From contig PRDJ01000022.1 of assembly GCA_003345555.1 (NCBI GenBank), forward strand, positions 1-29,011: DNA of 29,011 nt. The letters run 5' to 3'. The position numbers and the translations under genes are program-made. The stretch comes from Candidatus Thorarchaeota archaeon (GTDB lineage: Archaea; Asgardarchaeota; Thorarchaeia; Thorarchaeales; Thorarchaeaceae). The notes beneath the pieces are model-generated. The model was not told the origin of the DNA. It saw only the letters and a program-made list of their open reading frames with translations, and ran no database searches. The stretch's first letter is position 1. Every line of letters begins with the position of its first letter. Below, one piece after another: positions 8,954 to 17,200 of this stretch.

Positions 8954-10117
8954 CTATAGCTCGAACTCCTTGAATACCTCACGCTGAATCAAGAATCTGA
9001 GAATTTCAGCTGTGCCTCCACCGATGGTCATCAGTCTTGCATCTCTGAGAAAGCGTTCCACCGGGTAGTCGGTTGTGTATCCTGAGCCGCCAAGTATCTG
9101 CAAAGCATCGTTTGTGATCTGTACGGCAGCCTCGGTCGTGTATAGCTTTGCGATTGAGGCCTGCTTCGTTGCCTTCATTCCTTTGTCCAGCATTCTAGCC
9201 GCATTCAGAGTCAATGCGCGGCCAGCCTCGAGCTTCATTGCCATGTCGGCGATTTTGAAACTGACTCCTTCGAACTCCCTGATTCGCTTCCCAAATTGCT
9301 GTCGTTCGTTTGCGTACTTGACAGCAGTCTCATATGGAATACGCGCGTAGCCTATTGCTTCGCCTGCTATGGCAGTCCGCTCGCTATCAAGCTCATCCAT
9401 CAGTATCTTGAAGCCTTGCCCTGGCGACCCAAGGACCATGTCAGGTGGAATACGAACACTATCCAACTTGAGCCACGATACTCTTGAGGATTTCATGCCC
9501 AGAAGGTCGTGGTCCTTGACCACACTGAAGCCACTAGTCTTTGTGTCCACGATAAATGCAGTCATACCGTTTCTCGGGTCCACGTTGGGGTCAGTTATTG
9601 CGAAACAGCATATGTAATCTGCCTGACTACCATTGGTGATGAACCTCTTTTCACCAGTGACGAACCAATCATCGCCATCCTGGACGGCGTGTGTCTTCAT
9701 CCCGGCAGTATCAGAGCCAACGTCAGGTTCGGTGATGCCAATGGCACCAACCTTGTCCCCACGGATAATGGGAGTAAGATACTTCTTCTTCTGTTCCGGA
9801 GTACCGAACTTGCCTACCGGCATACCGTAAAGGGTAGCAGAAGCCATCCTCGCCATGTCAAGGCCGCCGTTGCACCTGCTAATCTCCTCCGCAACTATGA
9901 TTTCATACGAGAGACCCCTAGCAGATCCGCCAGCGGCTTTCTCATGATGTACGCCCATGTAGCCTGCTTTGCCGATTTTCCGAATCAGATCCCTCGGATA
10001 GGGGCCCTTGTCAAGCTTGTCTGCGATAGGCGTGATTTCCTTGTCGCAAAAAGATCGTACTTCCTCACGGAACTTGATTTCGTCTTCTGTCCAGAAGGTC
10101 TTGCTGAGATAATCCAT
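8954..10117 (-). CDS. Acyl-CoA dehydrogenase (isovaleryl-CoA dehydrogenase-type active site)
   Basis: Motifs GAIGITEPDVGSD, GEKRFITNGS, ELDSER, RQQFGKRI, ALQILGGSGY, ERFLRDAR and IGGGT. The start could be ATG 10117 or the upstream GTG 10144. Confidence 0.95.
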   Translation of the reverse strand: MDYLSKTFWTEDEIKFREEVRSFCDKEITPIADKLDKGPYPRDLIRKIGKAGYMGVHHEKAAGGSARGLSYEIIVAEEISRCNGGLDMARMASATLYGMPVGKFGTPEQKKKYLTPIIRGDKVGAIGITEPDVGSDTAGMKTHAVQDGDDWFVTGEKRFITNGSQADYICCFAITDPNVDPRNGMTAFIVDTKTSGFSVVKDHDLLGMKSSRVSWLKLDSVRIPPDMVLGSPGQGFKILMDELDSERTAIAGEAIGYARIPYETAVKYANERQQFGKRIREFEGVSFKIADMAMKLEAGRALTLNAARMLDKGMKATKQASIAKLYTTEAAVQITNDALQILGGSGYTTDYPVERFLRDARLMTIGGGTAEILRFLIQREVFKEFEL

Positions 10118-10257
10118 GATGAACCGACCCGGTCCGGGGTTCACAATGGTGCCTTAAATCAGTAACTGGCTGAGCAGTCAGCGTCATCTTCTGACTGGGC
10201 CCCAATGCTCGATTTATTGCCGCTTGGCAACTCTGGAGCCGTCAAGAGCGAAATAGG

Positions 10258-10602
10258 CTACTCGGGTCTATGGCCCTCAGAAGCCTGTGGTGTGTATCGA
10301 TATCTCCCTTCACGATCCACGTAGACACTTGCTGCTCCACCTATGCGAACATGAGAGGTATCCTCTGTGTCACCGAGACACAAAACCATGCCCCCTTCGC
10401 TCAACTCGACAAGAACCAAGAGAAGAGGCGAGTTAAAACCCTCAGGAGGCATGTAGGACACTGTGTAACTTGCTACCTTCCCTTCTCCAGCCACAGCGAG
10501 ATGAATCGTCTCGCCGGCGCCCGGACCGCAGTATGGACAGATGTCTCTCGGAGGAACTACCGCACGGCCACACCTCTTGCACTTGGAGATATCTATTGTC
10601 AA
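10258..10602 (-). CDS. DUF35 / ChsH2-like zinc-ribbon + OB-fold protein (thiolase partner)
   Basis: CKRCG...PPRDICPYCG ribbon followed by the GKVASYTV...LVLVELSEG OB-fold; lies downstream of the thiolase-like gene. Confidence 0.9.
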   Translation of the reverse strand: MTIDISKCKRCGRAVVPPRDICPYCGPGAGETIHLAVAGEGKVASYTVSYMPPEGFNSPLLLVLVELSEGGMVLCLGDTEDTSHVRIGGAASVYVDREGRYRYTPQASEGHRPE

Positions 10603-10653
10603 TTCAAACAGCCGAACTTCGCCTACTCTTCGCTGGTCAAAAGAGTTGCCATT

Positions 10654-10797
10654 TCAATCTGCTTGGCATGCTATTGCCGTGCCTGAGCATATCGTCGTGA
10701 AGAACTCACACCAATAACCCTGAGATTCCTCTACAGATACGCGATTCTCTATCATACTGTTGAGGATCGAGAGGAATTGACACGAAGGCGTCATCAT
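10654..10797 (-). CDS. Small Cys-rich protein, 47 aa, below the ORF-track cutoff
   Basis: Manual translation gives MMTPSCQFLSILNSMIENRVSVEESQGYWCEFFTTICSGTAIACQAD*. The ATG overlaps the thiolase TGA (ATGA coupling) and the ORF fills most of the operon gap. Confidence 0.55.
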   Translation of the reverse strand: MMTPSCQFLSILNSMIENRVSVEESQGYWCEFFTTICSGTAIACQAD

Positions 10798-11957
10798 CTT
10801 CCGAAGATGCAGACTACCATGTTGTTGCCGAAGCCCCCGATATTGTGTGTCAAAGCAAACTCAGGACTCTTGACCTGAAGTCCTGCGGGAGCTTTTCCTC
10901 GGATTTGGAGAGCCACGTCTCGTATCTGTGCGACTCCGGTTGCCCCGGTGGGGTGTCCTCTTGCTTTTAGTCCCCCAGTGGTATTAACCGGTATGCGACC
11001 GCCAATGGCGGTCTCTCCTTGCTTGACTAAATCAATGGCGTGACCGGGCTTCACCAGTCCAACATCCTCCATGTCAATCAGCTCCAGAATCGAGAAAGCG
11101 TCATGTAGTTCACAGACATCGATGTCCTCAGGTCTCAGTCGGGCCATTTTGAATGCTTTTCCAGCAGCAGAAACAGTAGCATTCAGGGATGTGAGACATG
11201 GTCTGTGTTGAACCGCGTGATAGTCCGTAGCATGGCCCACTGCAAGAACCTTCACTGAGTCATCGGTACGACCAAGTGTCTTCGCAGCTTTGGAGGAAGC
11301 AACGATGACCGAAGCTGCACCATCGGAGGTTGGGGAACAATCATAGAGCGTGAGCGGGTCAGCTACCATCTTGGATGCGCTCACTTTCTCAAGAGCGATT
11401 TCTTCCCTGAAGTGCGCGAGCGGGTTCTTTGCTCCATTCTTGTGTGCCTTGACGGGAATGAGAGATAGGTCATCACGCGATAAACCATAATCATGCATGT
11501 ATCTTCGAGCGACAAGTGCCGCTAGGGCCGCGGGTGTTCCGCCTAGCTTTGCCTCGGAGTCAATTGAAATCATCTTGGCCAGAATCTTGGAAGCAGCGCC
11601 TCGATCGATTCCCGACATCTTCTCTACACCGATAACCAGCACAAGCTGGGCCAGCCCAGACTTGACAAGTGCCACTGCCTCCTCAAATGCGCTCGAACCA
11701 GCAGAAGGGCCGGTCTCCACTCTAGTGGCTCCGGCCGGCACAAGGCCGAGATGATCCGTTATCAGTGTAGAAAGATGACCTACTCCCGTGAACTCGTCAG
11801 GATTCTGACTTCCGACGAGGACATAATCGAACTTAGCGTCGAGAGCATTTGAATCTCGGATGGCCTCCAGCGCGGCAGACTTGGCGAGTTCCGTAATAGT
11901 CTCGTCCAGCGTGCCGAATTTTGTCATGCCAACGCCAGTGACATAGACCTGCTCCAA
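10794..11957 (-). CDS. Thiolase-fold protein, SCP2/archaeal type, lacking the canonical nucleophile Cys
   Basis: Motifs VTGVGMTKFG, GVEKM, CSPTSDGAAS, ELHDAF, NTTGGLKARGHPTGATG and THNIGG. The TTG start at 11957 follows GGAGGGA. Confidence 0.92.
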   Translation of the reverse strand: MEQVYVTGVGMTKFGTLDETITELAKSAALEAIRDSNALDAKFDYVLVGSQNPDEFTGVGHLSTLITDHLGLVPAGATRVETGPSAGSSAFEEAVALVKSGLAQLVLVIGVEKMSGIDRGAASKILAKMISIDSEAKLGGTPAALAALVARRYMHDYGLSRDDLSLIPVKAHKNGAKNPLAHFREEIALEKVSASKMVADPLTLYDCSPTSDGAASVIVASSKAAKTLGRTDDSVKVLAVGHATDYHAVQHRPCLTSLNATVSAAGKAFKMARLRPEDIDVCELHDAFSILELIDMEDVGLVKPGHAIDLVKQGETAIGGRIPVNTTGGLKARGHPTGATGVAQIRDVALQIRGKAPAGLQVKSPEFALTHNIGGFGNNMVVCIFGR

Positions 11958-11970
11958 TGGTCTCCCTCCT

Positions 11971-12504
11971 CTACTCAATCAACACAAGCAAATCTCCTAG
12001 TGCCACGACTGAACCTTTCTTGATGTTGACCTCTCTTACTTTGCCGCTTGACGGGGCTTTCAGTTCGTTAAACATCTTCATTGCTTCTAGGATGCACACA
12101 GTCTCCCCTGACCGGACTTCGTCACCGATTTTGACCTTCACTTCGGAAATCCTGCCGGGCATTGGAGGGTAGATACCTCCGCTGACTCTCTTTCCGCTCT
12201 TTGTGGTCGCGCCAGTCTTCTTTGCGTCCTCGTCTCTTCTTACGTGCTCCCAGTCAATCTCACGGGTCTCACCGTCGATTTCCAGAACGACTCTCTTGCC
12301 CGCTCTCTTGACAATCTTGACGTTGTGATGAAGTGAAGCATTGTCTACTGACCACGTTCCATCTTTCTTTAGGGATGGCTTCAGTGTGAAGGACTCATCC
12401 CCAACCTTCACCACCAACGCGCCCTCTTCGCTTGAAGGCCGCACTTCGACCTTGAAGTCCCTACCATCGGATTTGGCGGTATATTCCTCGCTCACCACAT
12501 TCAT
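11971..12504 (-). CDS. Biotin carboxyl carrier protein with an N-terminal beta-rich domain (about 177 aa)
   Basis: Biotinylation motif EAMKM in a C-terminal lipoyl/biotinyl domain (PPMPGRI...GKVREV). The ATG at 12504 overlaps the upstream stop (ATGA). Confidence 0.93.
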   Translation of the reverse strand: MNVVSEEYTAKSDGRDFKVEVRPSSEEGALVVKVGDESFTLKPSLKKDGTWSVDNASLHHNVKIVKRAGKRVVLEIDGETREIDWEHVRRDEDAKKTGATTKSGKRVSGGIYPPMPGRISEVKVKIGDEVRSGETVCILEAMKMFNELKAPSSGKVREVNIKKGSVVALGDLLVLIE

Positions 12505-14081
12505 CCCTGTTCGCGGCTCTTCATCAAATCCTTTCTTCCAGCCGACGCCCAAATAGAGGGGCTTCGCTCCCATCGACCGCGGGCGCTCTGGCCAGTCCTT
12601 CCTGTCACAATCTCCCCGACACCAGCCTCGGCCCATGCGCTGCCCGCTGCAGCACCGGGTTGCTCGAGAGCGGTTTGATGACTGCTCATATGAAGTACTG
12701 CCGCTATAACAGCAATGTCTTGTTCTATGTTGGTCTTGCCCTTTGACTGACTCTCAGATCTCCTCTTGAAGAATTCAAGCGCGTACTGCGGGAACAATGC
12801 GTATGAAACCTCATCTCGCGGGACATGTGGTATGTCTTTCAGTGCCTCACGAGCCTTCGGCAGCTCGGGTTCAAGCAAGTCAGCCGGTCTCACACTGAGG
12901 GGCTTTTCGTCACCTATGATGAGCTTCTTCACCTTGGGGTCGATTGGCGCAGGAGGTCTGCCATAGAACCCACGGACATACTGCTTGACCTCGTTCAGAA
13001 TTACCTTGTACCGTTCCCCCGTTACCACATTCATTGTGGCCTGTGCCCCAACGATTTGGCTTGAGGGAGTGACCAGTGGTGGATAGCCAAGTTCGGCCCT
13101 GACTCGTGGTACCTCCTTCAGAACCTCGTCATACCTGTCCAGTGCACCTTGTTCTCTGAGTTGGTTGTCCAGATTGGACAGCATCCCTCCAGGAATCTGA
13201 AACACCAGCACCTGCGGGTCAACGCCCTGTAAAGCTCCCTCGAACTTGGAGTACTTACCTCGAACCTTCTTGAAGTACTCTGCTATCTCCGCCAGCAGGG
13301 AGACATCTAGCCCTGTATCTCGAGGCGTACCCTTCAGTGCTTCAACAATCGACTCGGTCGGCGGCTGTGAAGTTGCCATTGCCAGAGAAGAGACTGCGCA
13401 GTCGACGACATCCACACCTGCATCCGCGGCTCTTAGGTATGCCATAGAGGCCATCCCGCTCGTGTAGTGTGTATGGAGCTGAACCGGAATGTCAATCTCT
13501 TCCTTCAATCTCGTTATGAGTTCGAAGGCTACTTGAGGGGAGATCAGACCGGCCATGTCTTTTATGCAGATAGAATCTGCGTCCATCGAGTATAGGGTCT
13601 TGGCATCCTCGACGAACTTCTCTATCGTGTGGAACGGGCTCAGCGTGTAACATATTGCCGCCTGAACATGACCGCCTTCGCGCTTCACGAAGCGCATCGC
13701 GGCCTCCATGTTACGAACATCGTTCAGTGCATCAAAAACCCTGAAAATGTCAAGTCCGGCTGTGACCGCCTCGACCACGAAAGCCTCAAGCACGTCATCT
13801 GCATAATTCCTGTAGCCTACAATATTCTGGGCCCGAAGTAACATCTGGAGCTTGGTATGGGGCAACGCGTCACGCAGGAGTTCAAGCCGCTCCCAGGGGT
13901 CTTCATCGAGAAAACGCATCATGGTATCGAAGGTGGCCCCGCCGAACATCTCAAGGGAATGATAACCCACCCTGTCCAGCTTCTCGCAAATGGGGATCAT
14001 GTCCTCTGTTTTCATCCTCGTGGCGAGAAGGGATTGATGAGCATCACGAAGAACGGTATCGGTTATTTCTAGGCGCGTCAT
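12501..14081 (-). CDS. Keto-acid carboxyltransferase (transcarboxylase 5S / oxaloacetate decarboxylase alpha / PycB CT domain), no fused biotin domain
   Basis: Motifs DTVLRDAHQSLLATRM, GGATFD, FRVFDALND, IKDMAGL, HTHYTSG, PGGMLSN and YPPLVTPSSQIVG. There is no MKM motif at the C-terminus. Confidence 0.95.
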   Translation of the reverse strand: MTRLEITDTVLRDAHQSLLATRMKTEDMIPICEKLDRVGYHSLEMFGGATFDTMMRFLDEDPWERLELLRDALPHTKLQMLLRAQNIVGYRNYADDVLEAFVVEAVTAGLDIFRVFDALNDVRNMEAAMRFVKREGGHVQAAICYTLSPFHTIEKFVEDAKTLYSMDADSICIKDMAGLISPQVAFELITRLKEEIDIPVQLHTHYTSGMASMAYLRAADAGVDVVDCAVSSLAMATSQPPTESIVEALKGTPRDTGLDVSLLAEIAEYFKKVRGKYSKFEGALQGVDPQVLVFQIPGGMLSNLDNQLREQGALDRYDEVLKEVPRVRAELGYPPLVTPSSQIVGAQATMNVVTGERYKVILNEVKQYVRGFYGRPPAPIDPKVKKLIIGDEKPLSVRPADLLEPELPKAREALKDIPHVPRDEVSYALFPQYALEFFKRRSESQSKGKTNIEQDIAVIAAVLHMSSHQTALEQPGAAAGSAWAEAGVGEIVTGRTGQSARGRWERSPSIWASAGRKDLMKSREQG

Positions 14082-14248
14082 GGTCAGCTGCTCCGAAGAA
14101 ACGTGCTCTATTTAGTCGTTCTGCTCGCACACACTGAGGGTGCGACAGAGTGGATGTCAATGGCTGCCGTCTTATATGTGACTGAAAAGCTAGGGAACTC
14201 CCCACAGAACCTAAACGCTATGTTTGAGCGTTCTGCCTTCTGGAAGAG

Positions 14249-14286
14249 AGAGGGCTCCGGTTAATCGAGTTGCGCCCGGAGCCTCT
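14249..14286. terminator. Stem-loop just downstream of the large surface-protein gene
   Basis: AGAG(G)GCTCCGG ... CCGGAGCCTCT, 10 bp beyond the stop at 14296. Confidence 0.4.
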
Positions 14287-14295
14287 TTGAAATGT

Positions 14296-17200
14296 CTACT
14301 TGAACTTCGTTGTCAGGTCACGAGGTTCGTATGGCTTTGCGCCCTTCCTTCCCCTGAAAACGGCCAACAAGGCGACTGCAAGGATAATCCCAGCAACAAC
14401 GTATCCGTTCATGAGGAAATTGAGGATGGCGGTGATGATATTCCCGGTTGGCGATGTGGAGGTTGTAGGTTGTGTGACCATAACCCACACAGTGTCTGTG
14501 ACTGCGTTGCCAGAGCTATCCCTCAAGGTGATCGTGTAGTTATACGCACCTGCACTCAAACCGTCAACATTGATCGTAATGACCTGTGACGGGTTTGTCC
14601 AAGCTGGTGCAGTGACCGGAGTGCCGTTTCTCAGAAGCTGTACTGTGCCGGGAGCTAGGTCATAGACGGTCCAAGAGAGTGTGTGACCAGTAGTGTTGGT
14701 TTCATACTCGAGATCGATAGGCGTCTGAGTCCAGACTGGTGACGTAGTATCCTCCACTGTGACAGTGAAGACTGCGGTCTGTGTGTTACCAAGAGTGTCA
14801 TTGACGTTCACTCGCAGTGCATAAGCTCCAACGGCCAGAGAAGTCTTGTTTGTAATCACGCCGGAGCCATCAACTGCGAAATGCACAGTATCGTTGATCC
14901 ACCAGGTACTGATGCTTGAGAAGTCAGTCGCATTGAGGTCATATCTAAGGCCCTTGCCCAACTCAATGATTTGGTCCGCTGGTGTCTGATCCCAAGTAGG
15001 TGCTGCACTGGGCTGCACTGTGATTTTGAAGGTGCTTGACAGAGTGTTTCCTTGTGTGTCATTCGCATATACCTGCAGCCAATATACACTGGCTGCCAAC
15101 ACAGTCGAGTTTGTGATAACGCCGTCTGCACTGATTGTGAAGTGTGTAGTGTCATTCACCCAATAATGATCGATGCCTGAAAGATCGGTCGCGTTGAGGT
15201 CATACCTGAAGCTGGAGCCTTCCTCAAACTCTTGGTCGACTGGAGCCTGCAACCAAGTAGGCGCAATAGTATCCTGCACAGTGACTTTGAAGGTCGCTGT
15301 CTGCACGTTACCTAGTCTGTCAGTAACATTCACCGTCAGTACGTAGACTTGGACCGACAGGGGGACTATGTTTGTGATGACACCTGCACTATCGATTACG
15401 AAGTTCGTTGTGTCGTTAATCCACCAGCTGCCAATACCCGAGAAGTCAGTGGCATTCAGGTCATATCTGAAGTTGTTGCCAAATTCAATGACTTGGTCAG
15501 TTGGTACTTGGCTCCACGTAGGTGGTGCACTGGGCTGCACTGTGACAGTGAAGTTGGCACTAATGGTGTTGCTCAGGTTGTTGGTGACATTGACCATCAA
15601 TGGATAAGTTCCAACCGCAAGACCAGTCTTGTTTGTGACAACTCCATTTGAATCGATGTCGAAGTTGGTTGTGTCATTCAGCCACCAGCTAGCAATGCCT
15701 GATGGGTGTGAAGCATTCAAATGATACCTGAAAGCATCTCCGAACTCGATTGTTTGGTCCGTGGGAACTTGGTCCCATACCGGCATGCTAGTGTCGCGCG
15801 AATTGATCCGGAATGTTCCTGAGAGCACTAATCCATGATTGTCAGTAACGTCAACCCGGATTCCGTACACCCTTATAGAAAGGGAGGAGATGTTCGTTAT
15901 TATGCCAGAAGAATCAATCTGGAAATTGACCGTATCATTGATCCACCAACCAAAAATGCCGGATACGTCTGAAGCATTGAGGTCGTATCTGAACGGGTTC
16001 CGAAAGTCTGTCTCTTGATCAACAGGAACTTGGTCCCACGCTGGAGGTATTGTGTCTTGGACAATCACGTTGAATGTGCCTATCAGCGGGATGCCCTCGC
16101 CATCGTATACGTGGACTTCCAGACCATAGACACCGACTGCCAATGAGACCGTGTTCGTGATTACACCCGCACCATCGATTACGAAGTTCGTAGTGTCGTT
16201 TATCCACCAACTATCGATGCCTGAAAGATCGGTGGCATTAAGGTCATACCTAAACGAGCTGCCGAATTCAATCGTCTGGTCAACTGGGACCTGCACCCAA
16301 GAAGGTGGTGTGGTGTCTCGTACTGTCACCGTGAAGGTTCCAGTGAGTACATTGCCATTAACGTCCGTTGCGTTGACCCTGACAGGGTATGGCCCCACCG
16401 AGATGAATGTCGCGTTCCTGACGATACCGTCGATATCAATACTGAAGTGTTCTGTATCGTTTATCCACCAAGATACAGTTCCTGAGAGATCCGTCGCGTT
16501 CAAGTCGTATCTGAACGCCGTACCAAGCTCCGTTATCTGGTCAACTGGTACCTGAACCCACGCAGGGTCAACCGTGTCAAGGACAGCTAGCTTGAAGGTT
16601 CCACTAAGAATATTGCCTTGGCCATCGGTTGCATTCACTCTAACGTGATAGACTCCGACTGCGATGTTTGTTGCATTTCTGACTATCCCGTTGCCATCGA
16701 CAGCGAAATGTGCCGTGTCGTTGACCCACCAGCCCGCAATCCCGGACAGGTCAGTGGCGTTCAAGTCGTATCGGAAGACGGTACCGAGCTCGATTGTCTG
16801 GTCAACGGGGACCTCCACCCACATGGGGGCGGTTGTGTCGCGCACCGTCACTTTGAAAGTCCCGCTTAGAGTATTGCCATAGCCATCAGTTGCATTTACC
16901 CTGATGCCGTGAACACCAACCACAAGATTCGTAGCATTTCTGATAATACCGCTCCCATCTATTGAGAATCGACCTGTGTCATTTATCCACCACGTCACTC
17001 CCGAGAGGTCAGTTGCGTTCAAGTCATACCTGAAGGCAGTACCAAACTCGATTGTCTGATCAACCGGTGCCTGAACCCAAGCAGGAGGCTTGGTATCCCG
17101 AACAGTAACTCTGAAAGTCGCGCTGAGGATATTGCTGTGACTGTCAGTTGCATTCACTCTAAGACCGTATACGCCCACAGCAAGATTGGTGGCGTTTCTG

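Noticed and set aside
10145-10257. Canonical SECIS element for the TGA at 10654
   Set aside because: The ATGA and GA words are present, but no 11-12 bp helix II with an apical AA can be drawn by hand. Kept only as a generic structured region.
12501-14081. Annotation as the Na+-pumping oxaloacetate decarboxylase alpha subunit or as PycB
   Set aside because: There is no fused biotin domain and no OadB/OadG or PycA gene in the window. It cannot be excluded genome-wide, so no gene symbol was assigned.
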